From contig JAYWIR010000032.1 in assembly GCA_036172245.1 (NCBI GenBank), positions 682,001 through 746,000 on the forward strand: 64,000 bases of DNA, written 5' to 3'. The notes below the pieces were generated by a model. That model ran no database searches. It had not been told where the DNA came from and saw only the letters and a program-made list of their open reading frames with translations. Both the position numbers and the translations under genes were made by a program. This document shows positions 26,919-40,600 of this stretch, in pieces. The DNA is from Raillietiella orientalis. Taxonomy: Eukaryota. How positions within the stretch are numbered: position 1 is the first letter of the stretch; each line of letters starts with the position of its first letter.

Positions 26919-28864
26919 GGTTCACACTTCTCAGAAGACCGGATCTGCCACGGAGCTGCGGCAAATTGGCCATTCGGGCATCAAAGAAAATGCAATGGGA
27001 AATTACGAATCCACTCGAGTCAAAAATCACGCATGCTACGGATCAGAGCTTGGAAAGAATTCCCAGAAACTGCACTCCGGCATCACTGGTAAATCCGCGA
27101 TCACATGATGTTGTGGAAGATTCCGGATAAATCACTGATGTCAGTAAGTGTGGGATAAACAGGATGCATAAACATACGGATGGTGAAGCGAGAATTATTG
27201 AAAACCAAAGCCACTGCGAGATGAAGAACTTCGAGAACAGAATTCCCTCGATGATGGAAGAAGAAAAAAAAAAAAAAAAAGGCTTATCGATGCAAGCGGC
27301 AGCTTCAGCTTGGAGCATAACAGAAGATAAAGATATCGGCGCGGGTCACCTGCCAACGAGGAAGAGGAAGAAGAAAAGAGAATCGTTCCACTAAATGTTT
27401 TCGGGATCACCGGTCCTGCCACTTCTGTGTCTCCGTGTCGGTTCATTTCCGAGCCATCTTCGGCGGTCGCACTTTTCCTTTAATCTTGTTTACTTTCAAG
27501 GACACACAAACCGTCTCTATATTTGGAATTTCCAGAGTTACATTGGGAAATAAACTCTTTTGACCTTCAAGCAGCTTTCACATTCTCGTTCATCTAATTA
27601 TGGAAAAGTCCACCACGTTATTTTTCCTCAATGCTGTTCGTATTATATTACATTTAGCTCGTATTAGACGACGCCCACGCATTCATGACCATCACGAGCA
27701 AGTGCTACCAATGATGCAACACATTAACTGAAAAAGTACTTATTAGCCACTTCCTCTCTTGACATTTGATATCCTTGCTGCTTGACACTTTCTTTCCAAC
27801 GCTATTATTAATTTCAGTAGTAATGCAATCCACAATGTATGTCTTTCGGATCCGAAATTGCAGCGGGAGGAAGCAATTCTGCATCCTACGTTTAAGCACG
27901 GTGAAATCGATGTCTTCCGATAGACGGCTTCGACCTTAATGCATGGGCAGGGAATCACGATGTGAAATTCCTCAAAGTACTCCCTGCCAGAAGAACGGGT
28001 GGTCGTCTTCCTCAGCTCGAGGCATTCCCAGCTGGGGGACCCGGGGTCTCGGAAGGCCGAATTTCCCTGAGCGTGCCGAACGCGCACACCCTGAAAGGAA
28101 GCCTTCGGGAGCGACACACAAAAGCAACGTCGCTCATTAAGAGCAGACGTTATGCGTTGCCTCGGTCTTCTTTCCCATAAGACACGGCGAGGAGGCTGCT
28201 CTTGGCAAGTCTTCAGTTGGATGTCTGCGCTTCCGAGTAGAATGAATGGAAGATGGCTTTTTCTTTTTCCCCTGTCGGCGGCTGCGCAGTTCGATCTTTG
28301 GTGCATTCCGGTCGCACAGGAAGCAACAGTTTTGCCTACATCTCTTCTGAAACCCTCCAAATAAGGTTGCTGAGAAAAGAGGAAACGATGTAACTGCAGG
28401 TCGTGATGGTAGTTTAATTTTATTCTTTGGCTTGGAGCCTCGGAACGCAGCTCTTGAGCCGATCGCCAGTACGTGATACATTGAGGTTCCGAGCAATTAA
28501 AATTTTACATTTTGATACAGCAGATGCAGTGAGTAATCACAACTGTGGACGATCAATGGAAAGTGTCGTTGGAAAGTAACACAGGTTCCTTCTGCAGCTC
28601 ATCAAGGCCAATGGCGCATAAATCTTGAAGAGATGTGGAATGAGTCTGAAAATATAAAAACGGAGACTGCGAAATAAAGCAGAATATTTTATAGTCGAGC
28701 TATGTACGAGCTTAAAAGAATCGGTTAATGGATGAAGAGACATTTGATACGATCAGTTTCCATTCTTTCGATAGCATAAAAGGAGATGCTGAAATGAATT
28801 TATTTGCATTTTTCCAGAGACAGATTTTGCTTTGAAAATTTATGCCGGTAGGCTGCGTTAAGAA

Positions 28865-28893
28865 AAAATAAAATAAAATAAAATAAAATAAAA
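28865..28893. repeat. (AAAAT)n simple repeat
   Basis: Direct reading of the sequence. Confidence 0.9.
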
Positions 28894-29964
28894 GGACAAA
28901 GGTGCTAATCCATCAGAGCTGACATTTCGGATGGATTCTCGGTGCGTATATTTCAGTAGACGACTTTTTATGTTTAATTCTGAACTTTCCAGAGTTGAAG
29001 ATGACTACAACTAGATTTTTGATCTCAAAGAATTTCAGTCTCCATGGTTTCGCTTCACTGTCAACGTCCACGAGGCTGTTGCGTTCTGGATCGCCCTTTA
29101 ATTGACACAAATCTCCCAAAATTCGTTGCTCGCATTTCCAGCTTTGCATGGAATGATCTTTCATTATCATTCCACCGCTTTCTGGCCCTTTCACATCCCC
29201 TTCAGTAAGATTAAAGGAGTAGCGTCTTTAGAGCTGCGAACCCTAATTTTTCTTTGCTCACATCAAATTCTCGCAAAACCAGAATTCCTCAATGAAAAGT
29301 TGCATGCATCACCGTTGCTACCACCCGACTCTGTAAGTGGCACTTGTTAGACCGCAGAATTTTCATTAGAAAGGAAAATTCAGTTCTGGTTCTCTAGTGA
29401 CGTCATCATCTTCTTTCGTGTTTGCTTTCCTTCCTGGAAGTCATTCTTCGAAATGCACAGAAAGCGAGCTTCTACGCAGAACTCGCCCGCTGGAGAGTTG
29501 CTACTTGGGAAAGGAGAGTGCCCGGAAGAAATCAGACCGGGAACCCGGTCCCACCAGAATCCCAATGCTTCCTGAAATACGAAACAAAGAGGAAATTCTC
29601 AGGAAATCCACCTGCTAAGACGGAAACAGGGCTATCAGTCATTTAACCGGAGGAACTGAATCCGGAATTGCTGTTCTTCGAGACTATTCATTCTTTTCAG
29701 CACTACGCTGTGAAAAAGCCGAAATGGGATAAAATATTAAGAAACGCGTGTGATTAACTGTGGAATTTCTTGCCATAAATTGCGTGAGAGAGACGTTTAC
29801 TACTGAATTCACGTCCACGGAGGATGCAAGCTAATCAAAAAAAGCTCTCAGCTTTCTTTTTTCCCTCTCTCTGAGATAGCATGTACGTAATCTAGGAAGC
29901 ATACGTCTTTTATCTTGTGCAAAAACAAGCACACATACGCGTGCAAACACACGTATCATCCCTC

Positions 29965-30102
29965 CAACAATCGAAAAGTGCATTCACTTCTTGAAATTAC
30001 ACATTGTTGCAAGAACATTTTTGCAACAATCGAAAAGGACACTCGCCTCCTGCGATTTTTCATTGTTGCATGAACACGTGCATGTTTTGCAACAATCGAA
30101 AA
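29965..30102. repeat. Short tandem repeat of a hairpin-forming unit (about 60 bp period)
   Basis: caacaatcgaaaa occurs three times (about 29965, 30024 and 30090). Two units read cattgttgca-loop-tgcaacaatcgaaaa. Confidence 0.8.
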
Positions 30103-31832
30103 CTGCAGGAAGTGGCTGCGAGGAAATTGTTAAGTGCAAAAACGGAGGACTGTGATGGACCTGAAACACGACAAGGAAAACAACGGAGTAGGAGAAGGAT
30201 AAAGAGACGCAAGAAAACCTGAGGCTGGTTTTGAAAATCCTCAATGGCTGGAAAGAAAACGGATTTGCTGAGCAGTTGCAGCACACTGAGCGAAACCGAG
30301 TCTCATTAGTCGGCTTTGCGGGGCAAAGACAGGCAGCCGTACATCCAGCCCTGCATTCACGCTCTACAAATGCTCGGAGGTTCCGGAATAGGCAAGCGGG
30401 GAGACCCGGGTTCCTTCCAACGATGCTGCAACCGGTCCACTTCTCCCGACAGGGGGAGGAGTAAGAGAGGGAAAATCCTTTGAGGAAAACTGGACTCGCC
30501 TTTCTCGCAGCCATCTCACCGCATCTGTAGCACCAGGAGCGCATCCTTCGATAGAGAGGCTTCACCCTGCAGCCGTTCCGGTCCGAGGAGGTCTCACGCG
30601 AGCTACTTCGTAGTCAAAAGGCCAGAACGGGAAGCGGTCCAAAGCTCTGTTACGGCCGCTGTGGACCTAATTTCAGAGAGGCGCCTTCTTGTTTGCCTTG
30701 GTTTTGCTCTCAACCCGAATCATTCCAAGGTTCCCCAACAGAAGCAAAAAAAGCGTTCCAGTTTCCCCTATAAGTTGAGAGCAGTTGGGATCTTTCCCAT
30801 TTTTCGCCTTCTCCACGCCCAAAACCACGAGTTCGCTTCCTCGGAGACCGCTGCAGACAACGAGCTGCCTTCCATCCCCAGCCCCTCTTCCTTTCCCTGC
30901 TTCCTGTTAGCGTCTTGCTCCAGTCCAGAGGACAATCCTTCCTTTCCATGTGCACAGACGAAAACGCTAGTGACCTCTCCGATCTCATGAAGCGGTTGCC
31001 CACGAGAGGGAAGCTCTCCAGTCGGGAGGGACAAAACATGAAACTAAAATGAAGTAAACATTAAAAGGATTTCCGCTCTGCTTCCGTGAGTTTCTCGGTC
31101 AGCGTCCCGGCGCCTTCGTCGAGTCCGCTTACCACGTCAGGAATGCGCGCCCGGCCAGGAGCGCTGAGGAGGCCACTCTAAACCAGAGTTTCCACCGCCC
31201 TACGCGTGGAAACTGCGGATGGACGGAGCGGGGAAGGAGGCGGCCTTGTTTCTGGACTTGGGGGGAACGTAGCAAGCCTGCAGAATTTTCTCGACGCCCC
31301 TAGAAAAGACCTCTCTTTATTAATTAAAACACTTTTTTCTTTTTGAAGTACGAAAATCGCTCCGAGATGTGGCAGAAGGCGATGAAGATCTTTGATAATG
31401 AGAGATCGGCTTGAAAACAAAAAAAAAAAAAAACCTTAAGGGAGAAGAAATTGCTTCTACGGTCAGAAGATATTTCATCTTCCTCCCAACATTCTGGCTG
31501 TCGTTACCAGTAGCGCGGTCACGGCGCTTTTAGCGAAAGAAGGAGGGGAGGCATATGCGGAGAACCAGAAACACGCGGCGATGATGACGCACTATATTTT
31601 CTTGTAATAATACCAGAATGGCTGCAGGTTAGATGATGAGCTCGTTTCCAAGGCTAAGGAGATCTGCACGAAAAGTTTTCCTCACTCATTATGGGAGCCG
31701 AGCGGTCCAGGAAAAACGATGCAAAAACATGATGATCCAGTTGTTGCAGCCTTTGACGCTGCGGAGAGGGATCTCTCGGATTTCTGCATCTCTCGGAAAA
31801 AGGGCGTCTCTACTTGAACTCGCATGGTGTGT

Positions 31833-31834
<2 letters not shown>

Positions 31835-31873
<39 letters not shown>

Positions 31874-31874
31874 C
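31835..31874. repeat. (GT)15(GC)5 microsatellite
   Basis: Direct reading of the sequence. Confidence 0.95.
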
Positions 31875-34554
31875 TTCTTTCCTTTTTCTTTCTTTCTTTC
31901 TTTCTTCTTTTTCTTCCTTGGCCGAGCAGGCACTCCGCGAAAGCGCGACAGCGCGATATCTCGGAGCAGGGTTTCAGGTAACATCGGATTGTTTCCATGA
32001 CAGATAGCGGTTTCGCAGATCCTATCTGGTAATCAAAGCCCGCAGACGGAGTTTCAAGTGCAATTACATCACCAGAAAGGGTGAGATCTTTTCCATTTTT
32101 TTCCCGTCACTCTCGGATTTCGGAGATGAAATGCCCGAAGGCGCTCAGGGATGCACTGAAATGTACTGGCAGGTGCCTCCCGGGCGCTTCCGCAGAGGTC
32201 GGGCCGCGCTTCCTCTGCTCCGGAAACTTTCGCCCTCTCCGGGAAGCGATCAGCCGGGAAGTCTACGGGGCGGGCATCTGCGCTTGCGCGGAGGTGCGCA
32301 CGGGGGAGGGAGGAACGCCGAAGAAGCGAAGTAGCTGGACTCTTCTGACGCAACGAGAGTGCCTCCCCCCATCCTGCTCCATCTTCTGTAGGGCTGGTTT
32401 TGCCCTTCTGGGAATCGGTCCAGGCTCGTCGTATATCGAAACTGCGCGGGGAAAAAAACTGCTCGAGAGGACGCGCGGTGCAATCCATGCGGTAACCCAT
32501 TAGACCCGAGTGGTGATCGATATTTCGTCCGTCACCGGCAAAGAGCATTCATCCTCCCATTGTTTCCACTCATCTTGAGGAGGAGGAAGAAAACAAAGAC
32601 ATTCTGGGTTTTTTTTTTTTTTTTTTCGTTTTTTTCCCTCAATAATAAAGTAAAAAAAAAATACATCTCGTACTTTATTGCTTTCAGCCAGAGAATCAGC
32701 GGTCGGTTTCCGATTGATCGTCGAAGACAATCTCTCGGAAATTAGTCTTTGAGAGGCCCTTTTCAGAAATCCCATCGCGAGTGAAGGCACAGCAACTGCT
32801 TTCCATCGGCTGCAGACCGAGGCGTCCGGCCCACTGCCACTGGAAGCTTTTCGCCCTGCAGTGCTCGCGCTGGTCGGAACCGCAAACTGGAGGGAAGGGG
32901 GGGGGGGGAATCCGGCCGTCCTGCTGGCTGTTCTGCTGCTCCTCGGGGGTGGGGTGGTGGGGGGGAGGGAAACAAAACCAGGATGGGGATTCGGTTTGCT
33001 CCGGGCCCTCGCGCCCACAGGTGGCCGTGTCTCCTTGGAAATCGCCCTCCGCGTCCAACATTTTCCACCTTCTTCTCGCCTTTCGGTCTAGCCACTTCGT
33101 AGTTCAAACACTGTTTGCAAGTGTGTGCTACCATAAACCTGCCACTCACATTAGTGCCCTCCGACTGGTGCTCCTTTGTCAGGCTTTATGGACTCACATT
33201 AACCACGCTTTTTGCCAGCGCCGATTGCATCTAAAATCAAGTCATTCGCAAGATGACCTCTCCGAACTCCAAGTCAGTCAAGGTTCATTTTTCTTTTCTT
33301 TTGTTTTTCAACGTGAACCTTTTTTTCTTTTTTTTGTGAAAGTCGAGGCGAATTCTACTGGCGCTGAGCGCATCTTCGTAACTTCCGATACGATCAGCGC
33401 TTCACGCTAATGTCAGAGGAAGGCGTGCGAACTGGAGTCTTGAGCGCATGCTGGCGATTGTGGAAGTGCCATGTGGACTGAACTGCTTGGTCCGGCGCAG
33501 AAACTGCATTCACCGGATTCCACCCTAATATGGTCCGCGCAGCAGATGCTCGGAAGGATTATGCGCATTTTTTTTTCGTGTGTGTCCTGCCAGCAGTTCG
33601 CCGGCAGCTGTTAAGTTTCTACAGAGGCCCAAAAGACGTCCCTCTGGTACGTCTGCTGCCGCCAGCATTGGATGCTGGGGTGTTACGGAATGCAATGTAC
33701 CCGCTCTCTGCTTCCGCGCTGCGGATCTCTGAGGACCACCGCAGTTCTTCCGCTTCCGCAGGCGTCCCGCCACCCAGTCCGTCGACGAAGATGAGGAGAC
33801 GGTCCCCGGTGTCCGACAGCCTTTCTTTCTCGCCCTCCTCCCAGAACTGCCGCCGAACGCTGCGAGAGGATCACATCCAGCATGATGGCCCTACCTTTGT
33901 TCTGGAGAACCACCGTTCCCACAGTCAACGTCAGATTTTCAATAGTTTGAAGCCATCGACTCTTGTTTCTCTCTAGCCACTTCCTCGACCAGGCGGAGCC
34001 GGCGGCGGTCGTGCCATCTTGGCAGGTAAGTTTTTTTTATGGAGCGACTCACGCCGTGCTCTTCCAATGTCAGATGCTAGATGCCTTCTACACGTGGATC
34101 CATACAGCTTCCAAACGCTGCTCGCAAGGGGCGTCTGGTGCAGTCAAGGCATCCGCATGAAGGGCAGCCGGAAAACTGCGGCCGATTCCCGAATGTGCGG
34201 GATTCATCTGGATGCACATCAGGGGTCCTATTGCGTATCCAGACGCAATCCTGGTGAATCCAGGTCCCCGGCCAGGAAGCTTTGCAGCCAAAAAAGGCGG
34301 CATGCCTTCCCAACTTGAGTGCCCCGTGTCTTTTTTGTCCGCTAGGTACACAGGAACCGTTCGCCTAGGAGCTCATTATCCACGCCGCCCAAGGACGTCT
34401 GTCAACCCTTCAGGCTAGGAGACCCCGTAGAGACCACCCCATAAACCCAGGAAGGCTCCGGAGAAAGGAGTCTGTTCCTCTCACGCTTGGGAGGGAATTC
34501 CAATGTCTCCGGAGGGACTCCTAGAGGGAGGGACACTGTTCGTCTCTTCTCCGA

Positions 34555-35030
34555 AGAAAACCCGGAAAGAATCTGCTTCTGGAATTTCTTCTCCGGAGAA
34601 AACCCCAGCAAGGGAATCGCTCCCTGTTTCCTCCCCTTAAGAAGCCCCGAAGGGGCGCTTCCGACTTTTTTTGAAGGGAACTCCTTGAAGGGAGCAGCCC
34701 GCTTCTTGCACTTCGGAGAGGCTATCCCCTGAGGGTGGTATGAACCGGATCCATAGTACGCGATGGTACGGTTCCATTCGCACAACCGGGGAGGAGCCTC
34801 GAGACTCTTGATTCCTGGATGGACTCCCCGGAGGGTCAACTTCCAATCCCGACCAGTCGTCGGGGGCATCCGGGAGTTTCCGGTTGCCACCGGTGACTCA
34901 CTCGAACCAGAGTCATCTTGAAGGGGGAGTCGAAACCCACAGCGCACGCATTCCTCGGCGTCGATCCTCCTCCACGTGGGGATTCGAACCCGCAACGCTA
35001 GGCGGCATGCTGCGGAGACCGCAGCAGCCA
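34555..35030 (-). repeat. Dispersed repeat family, copy 1 (homologous to 48870-49340 and 46730-46830); probable transposon fragment
   Basis: It shares blocks with the 48.9-49.3 kb copy, for example ggaatttcttctcc, gcccgcttcWtgcactYcggagaggc and gagggtcaacttccaatcc. The shared minus frame reads R(I/T)DAExxxRxGF..PLQDD..DWKLTL. Confidence 0.8.
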
Positions 35031-36064
35031 CGCAGCCGCCAGAGCGGGCCAATTCCTCGTGCTGCTGCTGCAGCCCCTGCAAGCACCGTAGGTCCCGTTC
35101 TCGAGCACGCACCTCAGGGCATTCGGGTTTTGCATTTTGTGAGTTCTGTCTGGACGGCTCACTCTCCACAGTGCTCGCACGGTTCTTGTCTTGGGGAAAG
35201 GAGAAACCTCCGTGAAAGCAGCGCCTCAGGTTTGGCGACGCGACGAGGCTCGCGGCCAGCGAGCTGATTGCATGCTTCACTGGCATCCAGCAGGCGGCAG
35301 GATATCGTGTTTTCCCTAGCGATGAAATCCCTGCATGCGCTCGGTAGGTGCAATTAACGTCAAGAGGAAAACTGGCCATCTTCCTGCGGGGTGTCTCCGC
35401 CCTGTCATCCCGGGGCATCTGCTGCGAGAACGCATTCACATATAAACTGTCAGATCGAAACTTGGAATAAGTCTTTCCTTCGTAGCGGGGCTGCTGCCAT
35501 ACCGCCACATGGGTAGAAGGCTGAGAGGATATGCTGCTCGCGAGCAGCTTGCTAGCAGAGGTCAGTGCAAGGAAAAAGAGAGAGGGGAACTGGAAGTGAA
35601 TAAAAATGAATAAATAACGACAAAAAATTGTTCTCGAAGAATGCTGGAAGGAATGGGAGAACTGAGAACTGGTTGGCGTCCTCAGCACCCTGCCCAGGAA
35701 ACAGGCGAGCTCTTCCTTCATTCTCTGTAGGTGAGACCGTCTTGAGGTCCTCCTCAAAAGGGAACGGGAGTTCTCGATGGCGTCCTTGTATGTCAAGCCT
35801 CTTTCGACGTCGCTCTTCGGAGCCACCACGATCCCGCGGAGTCAGCGCAGAGCCGCGATCGCCGCGGCAGGAGACGTGGCACCGTACCTTTAAAGGAGGC
35901 GTTTCAACACTCCTTGGAGTTATCTCTTGAAGATTACGGGATCGCAGTGAGACATTAGCCAACATTCTGCAGCCCAGAACAATCAATCAGCAAACTCTGG
36001 AAGATTTCTCTTTCGCCTCAGCGGAGCCGCATTTTCTCTTGGCCGGTGACTCCTGTTGCGCGGG

Positions 36065-36185
36065 ACGTCCCGATGCAGCAGCCCTGACGCCGGACGAGTG
36101 CTACCACTTCAGACGGAGAGCAGAACTGTCCAGAAACACTGCGGTGGTCTCCACTTCATCCAAGAGGATTCCTAGGAGACCCAAG
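36065..36185 (+). mobile_element. Short fragment homologous to the 1600-1705 part of the L1-like relic
   Basis: gagtgctaccacttcagacggagagcagaactgtccagaaacactg aligns with gagtcctgccacttcagaactgaacgtggagctgtccacaaacactg. Both encode RVLPLQ. Confidence 0.6.
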
Positions 36186-36429
36186 TAGAGAAGAAGTCCT
36201 TCAGGGTGGACGGAGAAGTGAAAGCCGGTTAACACAACCCCTCCTTTTTTCTTCCTCCTGCAGTTTCGCAATTGATCTCCCATCTTGTAGGCTAGTCATC
36301 GTTCTGGATCTCCGGTTCTCTGAGAGCATTGCAGACTTTAGAATTGCCTTGGGCTCTGCCTTTGGTTCTTGCCCACGTTTGATCTGTTTCTTGCTTTCAG
36401 AGACGAGAGAAAGCTCCAGTCCTGGTCAA

Positions 36430-37440
36430 GGCAACAACCATCTTCCAGAGCTGATACCCTCATCAAGGCAATCTGTCGTTGGCCGCAGACGAAAAAAGTC
36501 GTGAGGCCTTAGGAACCGGCTGCTCTCTTGGCCAGTAGTCCTGCAGAAGCTCGCCAGTGGGTCTGTCGATAATTGGCCGCCCGCGAACGGTAGTGCCAGG
36601 TTGCAGGAAACCGTTTGCATATGGGCCAAGAACAAGTCCGGAGATGCGGCAGCGACTGCTGCACTCCTTTTACAACATCCGCTTGCAGCAGGACGTCATC
36701 GTACAGCCCACCATGTGTGCGTGGACGCAAGAAACCTCCCTAGCCCGCGGCACTACCCTCCCTTAGGAAGCATCTGAGCGGCAACCAGCCGACCAAATGG
36801 AAGGTCAGTTGCGAAATAGGTCTCTGGACGAAGGAATTAGGTGTCTGGACCACGGGCCAGCTCACAGACGCTACCATCTCAAGTGCCCCATCGAAAGGAC
36901 GATTGCCCTGGGATAAGCTGCTGGGAATCTCACACGAAGACCTCGAGTGGTCCCCAACGCTAAAGAACAACCGGACCCTCTCCGTGAAGTAGCAGGTCGA
37001 TTGCACTGGGGCCTCCCGAGCAATGCCCGCCGGTCTCACTGGACCCCGGGGACTGTGGATCCCAACTGTTGCAAATACAGGGAATGAGAATCCCTCCCAC
37101 ACCTGCTTGTAGACTGTGTTGCCCTCCGGCCCCTGTGGTCACTTTACGCAAGGGCCCTTGGTGCATCGACGGACAATCCCAGGGACGTGATGAAGCTCCT
37201 CTTCGTGCGCGATGCCCTTTCGCCTGCCGCATCCCCAGCGGCTCTTTGCTGCTGCCTACGCGGGATTGTAGCAGCCTGGAGCTACGCGAGAGGAGGACGG
37301 CGCGATAGGGACGCCAACTGCTTCGCCCCGCGCTTCATGAGGACGGCAGCAAGATGGCCCTACCTGGGACCTACTCGGATCGAACTTACCGGCATCCTGG
37401 AAAGAATGCAGAGAACGCCCTCCAGAGAACCGTGATCCCT
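36430..37440 (+). mobile_element. Decayed L1/Tx1-like ORF2 3' end with zf-RVT zinc knuckle
   Basis: DPNCCKYRE*ESLPHLLVDCVALRPLW (37058-37138) fits the CxxC..ExxxHLLxxC..W signature. It is preceded by RLPWDKLLG and followed by a T-rich tract near 37458. Confidence 0.7.
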
Positions 37441-37652
37441 TCCCGTGAACTCAAGAGTTTTTTTTTATTATTGTTTTCCATTTATTTTTATTTTTGTTTG
37501 TCTCTTAGCCTTATGCTGCCGGGGCAAACCTCGCCGGCCTGCGTGCCGGTTATTCGGCAGGTTCCGAACACTTTCGGACGTTGTAGGACCGATGGTCCTA
37601 CACGTGTACGTTTGTTGTTTACAATGAATGTCTCGGTATGACTGGGTAATAA

Positions 37653-37685
37653 ACCGATACTTGGTCACTTGGACCAAGTATCGGT
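37653..37685. other. Perfect 14-bp stem hairpin
   Basis: accgatacttggtc - acttg - gaccaagtatcggt. Confidence 0.9.
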
Positions 37686-40600
37686 ATGGATTCCGAAGAA
37701 TCGGAGAAGAGCTTGAGCCTCCATTTGCTCCAGCGTGAGGACGCCAAGTCCACCATCCCGACGCGGAGGTCGAGGGTGAGGCACCTGAAACGGACCCATC
37801 CCTAGTCTCTGTATACTTTGCAGCAAATCCAGATATGAGGAGAATCTGTTTCACGTGGTTGACCTTGTGTTATGCAATACAATGGCCTGGGAACTGTCAA
37901 GGGTAAGTTGACCAAAAGTGCTTCTCTTCCTCTCACATCCTATGGATGTGGGCATGTATCTCATCCTTGGTGTGAAGACTGTCCTCCAAAGCGCTCCCTC
38001 CGTTTTCCATGCACATCTTTTGCCAGCTTCCCACGGTATGCAGACCCGACTCCTCCTGATGGGGCTGGGGTCTCACGAACGAATGCAGTAGGACTCTCTG
38101 CGCGAGAAAGATGCAAGATGAGGTGTTTAAAACCGACCCCTCCGCCTAGAGTCCTCTATGAAACGGAACATAGTGGGACGTCAGATGGGTTTAAAGCGAC
38201 TCAATTGATGCTTGGCCGCGACGTGCGTACAAGCGAGCATCCTCGTCAGTGGATTAATAGAGGCGACTTCTGTCCAACAGTGGCGCTCATGACTACCAGA
38301 AACATTGCAGAATGTATCTCATAATGATGCTGCATTATGGGAAATCTTCGGAATCTACTCAAGATGGTAGTTATGACAAGAATGCGAAACAAACGCCTCC
38401 TTTTGCTTGCTCCAAAAGAATCTTGCTGTGTGAAGCGAGATTCATCAAAGGCAGCTGACTCGCGAGCTACTCGGCGTACCAAGTTCAATGACGGTTTCAT
38501 CGCATGGAATGCAGAGAAAGTCTGTTTACCGAATGACGAGCTACGAGGCTCCAGAGGCGTGTATAAAAGGCATGGTCTTCAACAATCTTGCCGTTTATTG
38601 CCCTTGCATGTCCAGTTTGAGGTCTGCAGAGTCTCTCTTGCTCAGATGGGTTTCTTTTTAATCGTAAGGGAATCCCTTCATCCACCTGAGGATTCATATA
38701 TGAAAGGAAAGAGCACTCTCACTTCAAGCGGGGCTTCGAAAATGACGGGGGCAGCTGAATTCGTTCACTGGATGCCTCAACGAAGAGTTTGGGTAGTCAC
38801 GTCCGTGTGACAAAAGGTGAGGGCTTCCTTGCAGAAACGGGAAGCGACCTGTCGAATGTGTCCCTGATAAAAGCAAGCAACAAACCTTTATGTCTTTATA
38901 TCTTAAACGTACACAGCGTTTTTTTCTGTTGTTACTGTTTTTTTGGGGAGGATTTTCTTGTCAAGTGGAGGGCATTGGTTCACCGTTTTGCGCTTCTCGT
39001 TTCCACCCACAAAAGCAGCTTCATCCCGGATCGAATTCTTCAGAAATTTTTACTTTGAAGATTCCTGGTCCACATTCGATGATTTGCTGAGAAGCAACAA
39101 CAGCATCGAAGCAATTGCTCCAAGAATTTGTTAGCGCAGCTGTTGGGATGCAATCAGCAACACCACTTCTCACATCTGGAGGAGGGTAAAAATGGAACAC
39201 CTTTGCTCCACGGCTTCACCTTCATCGACCATAGGAGACTGTTCTTTCGAAGTGTTGGCAGTCGTTCTTCGGGACGAGGAGTCTCGTACAGGAACTGCTT
39301 GAAGGATCTCAGCAAAGGTTTTTTCAGGGGTACTCAAAAAATTACCTCTGAGATGCGGCCTCTGAAACTCTCAGAAAGATGTTTATTTACAATAAATAAA
39401 GTTACAAAATGCAGTGAGAAAAGGTCTGACGTCTACGGGTTCGAGACGAAAGCACCTGCCGGTGGCTCCTCTAGCGGCTGCGGAGCAGAGAACCAGGCAC
39501 AGGGACTTGTTCTTTTATGGACTGCAGCTTAGGGATATCCAGGTTGTTCCATTGGGAACGTTACTGGAGAGTGAGGGAAAGTGAGGAGGTCAGTAATTAA
39601 ACAGAGGTGGCATGCAGTGGGCTCGTTGGTAGTCATTATGACTTCTGGAATCCCAAATCGGGTCGAGGCGCGAAGCAGGAGTGGTCTGCTGTAACCGGTC
39701 ATAACCAGGTCTGTGGATTATAGTCCAGCGGCTCACTCTGATCCCAGATTCAATTCCGGAACAGTTGGGCCCAACTAAACGGCTCTTTCGTATGGTGGCC
39801 GCACCTCTTTTTCATCTTGGTTATTATTGTTGCTCTGGAGGATGGTACAGGGCGTCCAAAGACGCGGTAACTGAAGGTCGGGATCATCGGAAAGTTTGCA
39901 CTTCTCTGCGATGCACGCTTAGACTTTTGCAGCGTCTGGTACACTGCGGAAGAAACATGTGGAAGAGTCTCCCGAGTTTCACATCCCCGGATCCTAGTCC
40001 CTCTTTGAAGATATTTGGTGCCTTTCCTGATTCTAAATGAGGTCCTAGCGCGCCAGCAGAAAGATGACAGTGTGCTGGTAGCCTTCCTTAGACGTGGAGA
40101 TTAAGCAGAAGCACAACGAATCCAATGACGAGAGTTGGTACCTAATCCGCGACCAATCCGACCTCTCCATATCCTTGGGAAGAGTTTTTATCCTATCCAG
40201 TGGTCCACTTTGAGCTTTACTGTATGCCTCCGGATTGTTCGATGGTCGAATGCACCATTTCTTTCTCTCACAATCCAAGAATCCTGATTATTCTTGCCAC
40301 GCTTTCGTCTTCCTGATCTCGTGAATCGAAAGATCCCACAAGAACCTCTTGCACTGATGCTCCTCTAGAGGAGAAACAGAGAACAAGGTACTGGTTCTTT
40401 TACTAACTTCAGATCAAGGATCCCCAGGTACCAGTCACCCCATCATCTTTGCTAGTCCACGCTTCAGAGAGTCGATCAGGGTCTGGGCGGCGGAAGCGGA
40501 CGCAAGAACACTTTCACTCCTTTTCCTCCTACACTGTTTTGGAAGCTTTTTCCGAGGTCTCATACGGATAGTGGCAAACATGCAAAATGATGATTCTGAT

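Noticed and set aside
29965..30102. CRISPR array
   Set aside because: There are only about 2.5 non-identical units, no cas genes, and the context is eukaryotic.
34970..35040. tRNA gene or tRNA-derived SINE (GGTTCGAATCC on the minus strand)
   Set aside because: No cloverleaf could be built, the A box is poor, and the B box is not conserved in the sister copies.
34402..35829. Longest ORF (475 aa, minus) as a real gene
   Set aside because: It has no ATG start and no recognisable domain. It runs through an AT-rich intron-like tract and a dispersed repeat whose other copies are frameshifted relative to it.
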